Below are positions 1 through 8,320 of a stretch of 64,000 bases of DNA, one piece after another (position 1 is the stretch's first letter; every line of letters begins with the position of its first letter). The notes beneath the pieces are model-generated. The model was not told where the DNA came from, searched no databases, and saw nothing but the letters and a program-made list of their open reading frames with translations. Source of the DNA: an uncultured Verrucomicrobiae bacterium (GTDB lineage Bacteria; Verrucomicrobiota; Verrucomicrobiia; Chthoniobacterales; UBA10450); the NCBI GenBank assembly GCA_963773185.1, contig CAVZAD010000015.1, positions 849 through 64,848 of the forward strand, read 5' to 3'. A program made the translations under genes and the position numbers.

Positions 1-861
1 GAAGATTTTGCCCGGCGGGCGGAAATCGAACTCGGCCGGCTGGTCGCGAAAAAATTCTCGGTGCACCCGCGTCCAGACCAGGCGGCCGTCGGTGTCGATG
101 TTCACCTTGGTCACGCCGAGTTTCGCCGCGGGAAGATATTCCTCTTCGTTCACGCCGCGGGCCGAGGGATCGAGCTTGCCGCCGGCGGCATTGATGCGCT
201 GCACCTCTTCGACTGGAACACTGGAACTTCCGTGCATCACGATCGGCAGGCCGGGAATCAATTTCTTGATTTCTTCGATCACCTCGAAATGGAGACTTTG
301 CTGGCCCTTGAATTTGTAGGCGCCGTGGCTCGTGCCGATGGCGGCCGCGAGCGAATCGCAACCGGTCCGCTTGACGAACTCCACCGCTTCGTTGGGATTG
401 GTCAGCCAGGCGTGGCCTTCGTCCACCTCGATGTCCTCTTCCACGCCGCCGAGCTGCCCGAGTTCCGCCTCGACGCTGATGCCTTTGGCGTGCGCGCGAT
501 CCACCACCCGCTTGGTGATCGCGATGTTTTCCTCGAACGATTCGTGGCACGCGTCGATCATGACCGAGCTGTAAAACCCCGAGTCGATGCAGTCGTAGCA
601 GGTCTCCTCGTCGCCGTGGTCGAGATGCACGGCGAAAATGGCATCGGGAAAAATCTCCTTGGCCGTGCGGATGATCGCTTCGAGCATCCGCTTATCGGCG
701 TATTTTCGCGCGCCTTTTGAGAGCTGGATGATAAACGGCGCCTGGCTTTGCTCGCAGCCGCGGAACAGCCCGAGGGGCTGCTCCGCGTTGTTAATGTTAT
801 AGGCGCCGACGGCGAATTTTCCGTAGGCGACTTTGTAGAGTTGAGCAGTGGTGACGATCAT
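1..861 (-). CDS. fba: Class II fructose-1,6-bisphosphate aldolase (C-terminus cut by window edge)
   Basis: Reverse translation from the ATG at complement 859-861 reads MIVTTAQLYKVAYGKFAVGAYNINNAEQ...AVHLDHGD...GTSHGAYKF...VMHGSS. The frame stays open to base 1, so it is missing from the ORF track. The + ORF 61..720 is its antisense shadow. Confidence 0.9.
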   Translation of the reverse strand, partial: MIVTTAQLYKVAYGKFAVGAYNINNAEQPLGLFRGCEQSQAPFIIQLSKGARKYADKRMLEAIIRTAKEIFPDAIFAVHLDHGDEETCYDCIDSGFYSSVMIDACHESFEENIAITKRVVDRAHAKGISVEAELGQLGGVEEDIEVDEGHAWLTNPNEAVEFVKRTGCDSLAAAIGTSHGAYKFKGQQSLHFEVIEEIKKLIPGLPIVMHGSSSVPVEEVQRINAAGGKLDPSARGVNEEEYLPAAKLGVTKVNIDTDGRLVWTRVHREFFRDQPAEFDFRPPGKIF

Positions 862-867
862 GAAGCA

Positions 868-917
868 GTTGAGAGTTGAGAGTTAATAGTTACGAGTCTT
901 GACTCTCAACTCTCAAC
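868..917. terminator. Perfect 16-bp inverted repeat made of tandem heptads (GTTGAGAGTTGAGAGT / ACTCTCAACTCTCAAC), 18-nt loop
   Basis: 868-883 is the exact reverse complement of 902-917. It lies just 3' of the kinase stop at 935. There is no U-tract, so terminator function is inferred from position only. Confidence 0.45.
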
Positions 918-934
918 CTTCAACCCCTAACTCT

Positions 935-2933
935 TCAGTGCCCGTTTGGACTGGCGGGGAGCATTACGCTCACGGAAGTGCCCTGGGGATTCGAATCAAT
1001 ATCGACCCGTCCATTGTGATCGAAGATCGTTCGTTTCACGATGGGAAGCCCCAATCCCATGCCGCGTGCTTTGGTCGTGCAAAAGGGCGAGAACACTTTT
1101 TCCTTCAGGTCTGCTGAGATGCCCTTGCCGTTGTCCTTTACGGTCACGACCACGCCGCTGGCGTGGTCGCCTTCGCGGATTTGTTTGGCCGCCAGGGTGA
1201 TCCGCGGTTTGGTCCGGCCCGAGGTGGCTTCCGCGGCATTGGCCACAAGGTGGGCGAACGCTTCGGTTAGCGCGTTTTCATCACCCAACACTTTGGGGAG
1301 GTCGTTCGGCAGCGTCGTGTCGATCGAGACGCCGTTTTTCTTCACGCGCGTCCGAGCCAGCTCGATGGCTTTTCTGACTGACGCTCGCAGGTCGATCGGT
1401 TTCATCACCAGTTCGGAGGGGTGGGCGAAGTTGTTGATCTGGGTGATGATCTTGTCGAGCCGGTCGATTTCCTGCACCACGATTTCGTTGAAATCCTTTC
1501 GGAAATCTGCGTCGTCGAATCGTTCCGGCAGAAGCTGGGCAAAGGTCTTGATCGCCACGAGCGGGTTGCGGATTTCGTGCGACATGCTCGCGGCGAGATC
1601 GGTCCAGAAGGCGGCCCGATCCACCAGATCCTGTTTCTGGCGCAGGCTGTCTTCCGCAGTCAGATCGTGGACGACTGCGACCGCGCCAAGGGGCGTTCTT
1701 TTGTCCGTCAGCCGCCGGGTTTCCACGGAAAGCGATCGGCGCGTGATGGGATCGATCCATTGCTGCGCGGGGAGGCTTTCTTTCGAATCGAGTGTCTCGC
1801 GCAAGAAAGGCTGCAAGGCGGCTGCCGGCCGCTTCGACGGGTTGATTTAGAGCATCGGCTGCGGTGATGCCGAGAATCCGTTCTGCCGTGGGATTAAACC
1901 AACGAACCATCGCTTCTTCGTCTGTCGCGACTATCCCGGGCGGGATCGACGTGAGAAGAGTTTCCGCCAGGGTTTTCTGGAGCGTGACCTCTTCATACAG
2001 CAACGCATTCTCCAGAACCGTCGAGACGTTTTCCGCGAGAAGCATCAGCCCTTCCAGGTCGTTGTAATCGAAGCGCTGGCCCGTGACGCGGTGACCAAAG
2101 AAAAGCCAGCCGATGATATTCCCTCGCGCGTGTAGCGGCACGATGACCTCGGCCCCAAAGGTGTCGAGAGCCCGCCGCATCAGGGTGCGATGCCTCTGGT
2201 CGGAAGTTTGGGTCAGGGTGCTCCGGGAGATCAGATGCGCGTGCAATTCGAACCAGCGGACCAACGGGTCGCGCTCGCCATATTCGATCTCGGCAGTCTC
2301 CGGAAGACACCGCAGGCCGGCCCGAAGTCGATAACGGTCGCCTTGCCGGATTTTCGAGAAAATGCCGACGCGTCCGATCCCGGTGGCGTCGGCCACGCCC
2401 TTCGACAACGCTGGCGAGTAAGGCCTCGACGTCGTCGAACCGGCGAAAGACCCTTGGAAAACGCAGCAGTGGCATCGAGGACTCGCGCCGCTCGGCGATC
2501 GCGTGGATTTGCCGGGGCTCAGGGGTTGCGATCGAGACGGATTGTTCGCGCAGTTCGCGATTCTCTTGCAAGACCCGCAGATGCTCTAATCCGCGTGAAA
2601 TCAGGGCTTGTAAGCTGCGGCGATTCGTCTGCAGATCCTCCGCCGCGTAGATATCGGACTGCTCTGCCTCGCGCAAAGGCTCGGAACGTGGCGTCCCGAG
2701 AGCTACGATCAATACCTCTGGCCAACCCTCCTGGATTTGTTCGAGAAGATCGCGGGCCTCTTTTGCCCGCAGGTCCACAAGGAGGATCGCCGGACCACTC
2801 TGCTGGAGCACTGCGTCCAATCGATCTGCCACGCTGACGTGACGGACTTCGGCCAGCGCGCTGAGGAACGCCTTGATGCGCCGGGCGAGGTCCGCGTCCT
2901 GCGAATAGAGGATACAAAGGGGGAAGGGCTCAC
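935..2933 (-). CDS. Cytoplasmic sensor histidine kinase, receiver-like/GAF/PAS/HisKA/HATPase_c (frameshifted as assembled)
   Basis: ORFs 1993..2832, 1281..2408 and 935..1816 join head to tail. Motifs: receiver-like LCILYSQDADLARRIKAF..ILLVDL; GAF-like VIVPLHARGNIIGWLFFGHR; PAS IVATDEEAMVRWFNPTAERILG; H-box SHEIRNPL; ATPase DNGKGI..GMGLGLPIV. Frame changes fall near 2920 (G5 run 2919-2923), ~2400 and ~1815. A likely GTG start at complement 2931-2933 overlaps the upstream stop (GTGA). Confidence 0.8.
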
Positions 2934-5428
2934 GCGGCTGCGACCTCCTGTTTGAACCGGACTAATGGCAGCAAGATATGAAAGGCCGTGCCTTTTGAGA
3001 GTTCGCTCTCCACTTCGATCTGTCCCGCATGTTCCTGAATGATGCCATGCACGACGGACAGGCCCAGTCCCGTGCCATAGTCCTTGGTGGTGAAAAAGGG
3101 ATCGAAAACATGGGGGATGTCTTCGGTCCGGATGCCCTCCCCATTATCGCGAATCGTGATGCGCAAAATCTCGTGCAAACCTCCATTGGTCCCCGTTACG
3201 GTCGCGACCCATTCTTCCGCCGGACGAATCTCGGTCGAAACCACCATTTCGCCGCCGCGCTTCATCGCGTCCATGGCGTTAAGGAAGAAGTTGAGGAAAA
3301 CCTGTTCAAGCTGGTCGGCATCGGCGCGGATTGTATCCACATCCGCCTGCCAGGAACGAGTCAATTTGATCTCTTTCTGATAAAGACGATGTCCAACGAG
3401 TTGGAGCGATTTTTCGAGGACGGTGTGGACATGCATCGGCTTCAAGAGGGGCTTGGCCGGCCGGGCGAAGCGCAAGAGCTGGTTCACGAGAGAGTCGATC
3501 CGATCGATTTCATGCCCGATCAGGTTCGAGAAAGTTTCGCGGAAATCGGAGTCCTGGTAACGTTCCGGCAGAAGTTGCGCGAATGTCTTGATCGAGACGA
3601 GCGGGTTCTTGATTTCGTGGGCCATACCGGCGGAAAGGGTGCCGAGGCTCGCGAGCCGGTCGCTGCGGCGAATCTGGAGCTCGAGCCGTTTCAGGGCGGT
3701 GATATCGGTAAGAACCACCAGGACGCCCAGCATCTCGCCCTGTTGTCCGTGAAAGATCGAGCTGCTCGCGCGCACCACCACTCCGCCCTCGGCCGCGTCC
3801 AGAATGAGCTCGCGATTTTCCGGCCGCTCCTTCGGAGTGGAGCGTCTCTTGCATCAACTCTCGGATGGAGGCCGGCAAATCTTCTATCGAATGCTCGAGA
3901 AGATCCTTGGATTTCGAACCGGTGATTTGTTCCGCTTCGTTATTGAAGACCGTAATACGGCCATCGGCGCCCGCGGCAATCACTCCGGTCGTGAGATTCT
4001 GGAGAAGAATCTCGTTATAGATTTTCGCGTTTTGGACTTCGGTGAACAGTTGGGCATTATCGATCGCGATGGCGAGCTGGCCGCAGAGGACCCGGAGCGC
4101 ATTTTGCTCGACGCTGCCATAAATCCGTCCCGATAGCCGCGGCCCCAGCAGCATCACCCCGGCGAGGTGTTCCCGGGCAAAAATGCCCATGGCTACCGCG
4201 ATTCTTAGAGACGCCATTTCTTTTTCCACCGCTTCCAGCTCCGGAGTCTGCCGCATGCGGTGCAACTCATCGAGGACGAGGGTTTCCTGATGGGTTTCCA
4301 GTACCTTATGATCGCGTCGTTCCGATTCAACACCAACTCGGGAGCAGCCAGTTCGGGTTTTGGGAGCGGGTAATGTTGAGCGAAAGAGTTATGGTCGGGG
4401 AGCAGGATAAACACGCTGTCCGTAGCGACGGCGCCCGCGATGGTCTTCGCGAAACGCTTGAGCAAGTCCTGCAAGGTCGTGACGGATTTCAGGATGGCTG
4501 CCGCTTCGTTCATGGTCGAGCGAAAGTCGAGCCGCCGTGTCCCGAGGAAGAGTTTATCGGCCAGACTTTGCGAGATTCCCCGTGCGGGAGCCATCGCGAA
4601 CGCCACCACGACCGCGGCCACGACGTGGGCAATCGGTTGAGCGTCACCAAGACGGCCCAGCGCCGTTGAGACGAGCCACCAGACCAACCCGTAGAGAGCA
4701 AGAAGATAGGCGGTAAGAACGGCATAACCCGTCACGCGGCGGATGAAAAGCCCGACCTCCATGATCTTCCGAGTTGCGATGCCGTAGGCGATAATCAGGC
4801 TGAAAACTACGATCCTGAATGGCGCGACTCTCACCGCCATGTTCCGGTCTCCAAAAAATGGGGTAAAAGCAACCAGCGCGAACAACGTTATGCTCCCGGC
4901 GATCACGAATTGTAGTTCGACTCTCTGCACTCCACTTCCACGGCGAAGATCCCGCAGATACAGGCCCATTACTGCGATGGCGCCAATCGCAAAAAAACCG
5001 AGATACAGAGGAACCAAGGGTCCGTAGATGGCCTTGGGGATTCGTCCGGTTCGGAGTTCCGCATCGCGCAGGAACAAGGGCGTATAACAGATCGCGATTA
5101 CGACCAGACTGGCAATGAGCAAGGGCGCTGAGCGTCTTAGTATTTCGCGCCAACCGCTCTCCCGATAGAGAATAGCCAGCCTCAGGAGATTGAATCCGCT
5201 TATGATCAAAGGTCCGCAGGCCGACGCGTTTCGGATCCAGACCTCAGCGTCACTCGATCGCGTCGCGGTATAGGCGAAATGTAGTGAGAGGAGCCACGCG
5301 GATAAACTGATCGAAACGAACAAGAAACTTTGATTGGTGTAACTCCGGGAGTTCGCCCGGAAGACCGCGACACCCAGACTCAACTGCATGAAAAGCGCCA
5401 ACCATAAGGGCAGGCTTTGGGAATTCAT
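2930..5428 (-). CDS. Membrane sensor histidine kinase, multi-TM N-terminal domain/GAF/PAS/HisKA/HATPase_c (frameshifted as assembled)
   Basis: ORFs 4205..5428, 3510..4265 and 2930..3781 join. The N-terminus has several hydrophobic helices. Motifs: GAF-like REHLAGVMLLGPRLSGRIYG; PAS VIAAGADGRITVFNNEAEQITG; H-box AHEIKNPL; ATPase DNGEGI..GTGLGLSVV. Frame changes fall near ~4270 and ~3790. Confidence 0.8.
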
Positions 5429-5532
5429 CTCGGGCGATCAGATTGCTTCAGCAAGACCAAATTCGGCGCATGAGACGACGGGTGTGTGCATGACAATGTC
5501 CCAATGGGCAACGCAATCATCGTACCATTCAC

Positions 5533-6777
5533 TTAGCAATTGGACGGTCGCTCAACGACCAATGAACTGGTGCTGCCTCCCAGACCTCGCACGTTCATCA
5601 AAATGCAATCCAATCTGAGCTTCCGGGCGCGATGCGGCACGAAATCCAGATCACAGGCTGGATCCGCGATTTCATAATTCGCGGTGGGCGACACCATTTG
5701 GTCGCGGAAGCTTAAGCCGCATGCGGCGATCTGCATGGGCCCTCCAGCCGCGAGCGGATTCCCGGTGCAGCCCTTGATTGAGCTGATTGGAATCGAGTAC
5801 GCCCGTTTGCCGAATACCTCCTTGATATAATAAACTTCGGCAGCATCCAAGACAGGGTGGCCCGGCCCGTAGGCGGAAATATAATCGACGTCGTCCGTCG
5901 TGCGTGAGGCGTTTGCCAAGGCAAGTCTCATTGTTTCAAGTAGCCCCGACCCGGGAGAATCCGGGGCGTAATCTCGCTGTCTAGCGTAACCAGAAATCTC
6001 GAGATAGATCTTTGCTCCGCGAGCTTTGGCCCGCTCGAGATTTTCGAGAATGAACATCCCGGCGCCTTCTGAAATTACGCCTGAATCGCGTTCGAGATCA
6101 AAAGGTCGACTCGCTCTTTCTGGGTCGTCATTTCGGCAGGAACTCATGCCAGACGCGGTAAATGCGGCGAACGTATGTTTTGTGATAGGAGCATCCGCTC
6201 CACCCGCTATGGCCAATTCTGCCTCTCCTGATTGAATCAGGGTGGTCGCTAACGCTACCGCGTCCAAGCCCGACGGACATGCAGACGAGACAGTCGTCGC
6301 ATGCGCATGGGTGCCGATCCGATCTGCGATAAAATTTGCAGCGGCCTGCGGTGTCAAGGCGCCAACCGCCGTTGGAGATATTCCGCGAATTCCTCGATGG
6401 TCGAACTCACTAATGGAATGCTCAATGATATCCATTGCGCTCGTGCTCACCCCAACCACGACCGGTGTCGGACTGGGCAAGTCTGACTCGTTAATCTCCA
6501 ACCCTGCGTCTCGCACGGCCATGGTCATTGCGGCGTAGGCCAGTTGGGTATGCCGCGCCAGTCTACCAGGTTTGAGTTGAGGTTCGATGTAATCCAGCGG
6601 ATCAAAGTTTTTTAGTTCCCCGGCGATCCGGCTTCTCAGATCGCTTGCATCGAAAAAGGTAATCGGCCCGACGCCGCTGCGACCGGCCAGGAGCGATTCC
6701 CAAAAAGCTTCGAGCCCGATACCGTTGGGGGCCAGCACGCCCATGCCGGTCACCACAACTCGATTTCGCTTATTCAT
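5533..6777 (-). CDS. Beta-ketoacyl-ACP synthase I/II-fold (FabF-like) protein with atypical active site
   Basis: Intact 414-aa ORF. It is collinear with FabF blocks: VVVTGMGVLAPNG, SSACPSG (active-site Cys), DPERASRPFD, AKIYLEISGY, CDLDFVPH. At the two FabF His positions it reads SAYGPGH (NAHGTST in FabF) and IKGCTGNPL (KSMTGHLL in FabF). Confidence 0.8.
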   Translation of the reverse strand: MNKRNRVVVTGMGVLAPNGIGLEAFWESLLAGRSGVGPITFFDASDLRSRIAGELKNFDPLDYIEPQLKPGRLARHTQLAYAAMTMAVRDAGLEINESDLPSPTPVVVGVSTSAMDIIEHSISEFDHRGIRGISPTAVGALTPQAAANFIADRIGTHAHATTVSSACPSGLDAVALATTLIQSGEAELAIAGGADAPITKHTFAAFTASGMSSCRNDDPERASRPFDLERDSGVISEGAGMFILENLERAKARGAKIYLEISGYARQRDYAPDSPGSGLLETMRLALANASRTTDDVDYISAYGPGHPVLDAAEVYYIKEVFGKRAYSIPISSIKGCTGNPLAAGGPMQIAACGLSFRDQMVSPTANYEIADPACDLDFVPHRARKLRLDCILMNVRGLGGSTSSLVVERPSNC

Positions 6778-7039
6778 GGGCTAAGGGGGAGTAAGCAGAT
6801 TGAATACAACAGGTTGAAACAGACGCATTCTAGGCTTTACATTAATTGGAGTCATTATGTTTTTCGCCTCCCGGTGATAATTGTTATTCACCAAATTTCC
6901 GAGTTATTCACAAGATCGATCTTGTGTGTAGACGTAAAAAGTTCATCATGGCCCGACGGTGCCACCACCAGCAAATGCCTCACTTTCATAAATTAGAATG
7001 CGTCAGCGGCACGGCCTTAGCTTTACTTCCCCCATCATA
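6778..7039. promoter_or_regulatory. AT-rich divergent intergenic region between the KS-like gene (-) and the REC-HK/small-LanB genes (+)
   Basis: The base composition is visibly much lower in GC than the flanks. It lies between divergently oriented starts. No specific promoter boxes are confidently assigned. Confidence 0.4.
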
Positions 7040-8191
7040 ATGACGATCGCCACTGATCTCCCTCAGGTTCTCGTCATTGATGACGAAATGGGTCCGCGTG
7101 AGAGCTTGCGGATGCTTTTGAAGCCCAATTATCAGGTCTACACCGCCGAGAACGTCGAGGCCGGTCTGCGTATCTTGCGCGACAAGAGACCCGACGCCGT
7201 TATCAGCGATATTCGCATGCCGGGCACCAGCGGCATCGATGGCTTGCGCAAGATCCGCGAGATCGATCCGCACGTCGCGGTGATCATGCTCACTGGGTTC
7301 GGGGCGCTCGAAACCGCCAAGGAAGCGTTGCGGCTCGGGGCGAACGACTACATCAGCAAACCCTTTGATGCCCGCGAAATGCGCGAAGTGATCGGACGCA
7401 ACGTCGAACGAACCCGCCTCCAGCGGACCGGCGTCAACGCCGCGGCGGAAATCAAGGAATTGAACAATCGCCTCCTGAAGGAACTGGCGCAAAAGGAGCG
7501 GCTAGCCTCGTTAGGCCAGGCCTCCGCCGAATTTGTGCACGACCTCGGCAATCCGCTCACGATCGTTTGGGGATATGTCCAGCTTCTGGCCAAACGGCTC
7601 GAGCAATCGGACAAGGAAAATGGATCGACGAACGCAACCTCGGCCAAGGAGCTCAATATCATCGAGCAAAACGTGCGGCTCTGCCGGGAGTTGCTTACGA
7701 TGTGGCAGAGCTACGGGAGTGTCGAGGCCTCACCCCACAAGCCGATCTCGGTCACTCAGATTGTGCGCGAGGTGGTAAAGGGCATTAGCCCGATGGCTGT
7801 CCAGAGCGGCATCGAATTGCAATGCGACATTTGTGACGATCCCTGCACGCTCCTGGGTGATTCCGTCCAGGTCACGCGCGCGATCCAAAACGTGATTATC
7901 AATGCCCTGCAAGCCTCTGCGGAAAAGAAAGGCCCCGTTAGCGTGGTCTGTAACTGCAAGGACTTTTACGTCGACGTTTGCATTGAGGATACCGGCTATG
8001 GAATCACGCCGGCCCAACTCGCGAAGATTTTCGAACCCTATTTCACTACGAAACAAGGGAAGAGCGGCACCGGACTTGGCCTCTACATCACGAAGAAAGT
8101 GATCGAGGACCACAACGGCTCGATCAAAGTGGACAGCACGCCGGAGGTGGGGACTACGTTCACGATTCGCCTGCCGCTTTTGAATAACTAG
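7040..8191 (+). CDS. Hybrid response regulator-histidine kinase (N-terminal REC, then HisKA and HATPase_c)
   Basis: REC: VLVIDDEMGPRE..PDAVISDIRMPGTSGIDGL..VIMLTGFG..ANDYISKPF. H-box: FVHDLGNPLT. ATPase: EDTGYGI..GTGLGLYI. The ORF opens at 6998, but the ATG at 7040 (MTIATDLPQVLVIDD) fits a REC N-terminus better. Confidence 0.85.
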   Translation: MTIATDLPQVLVIDDEMGPRESLRMLLKPNYQVYTAENVEAGLRILRDKRPDAVISDIRMPGTSGIDGLRKIREIDPHVAVIMLTGFGALETAKEALRLGANDYISKPFDAREMREVIGRNVERTRLQRTGVNAAAEIKELNNRLLKELAQKERLASLGQASAEFVHDLGNPLTIVWGYVQLLAKRLEQSDKENGSTNATSAKELNIIEQNVRLCRELLTMWQSYGSVEASPHKPISVTQIVREVVKGISPMAVQSGIELQCDICDDPCTLLGDSVQVTRAIQNVIINALQASAEKKGPVSVVCNCKDFYVDVCIEDTGYGITPAQLAKIFEPYFTTKQGKSGTGLGLYITKKVIEDHNGSIKVDSTPEVGTTFTIRLPLLNN

Positions 8192-8320
8192 GCGGCATCG
8201 CCTTTTCCTTTTCGGGAGGGACTTGTTACCGCGGGTCCCCAACGGGCCCTCGAGTCGCCGGGATCACGACCGGCTACACTTTCGCTTGTCACTGCCAGCG
8301 GCATCCGTTCTGTTGCTTGA

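Noticed and set aside
61-720. Long ORFs antisense to recognised genes. Examples: 61..720 +, 1041..1850 +, 9902..10765 -, 15005..15997 +, 17983..19218 +, 18255..19361 -, 59607..60269 -, 62161..62937 -.
   Set aside because: They overlap genes with clear conserved motifs on the other strand. Their translations are Arg/Ala/Gly/Pro-rich low-complexity, typical of shadow ORFs in high-GC DNA. No domain motifs were recognised.
21-7008. Sigma-54-like -24/-12 element cGGCACG-N4-TAGC at 7008-7021, upstream of the REC-HK gene.
   Set aside because: It has two mismatches to TGGCACG-N4-TTGC. It lies only 19 nt from the ATG, leaving almost no leader. No bEBP-type activator is encoded in the window. This is too weak to call.
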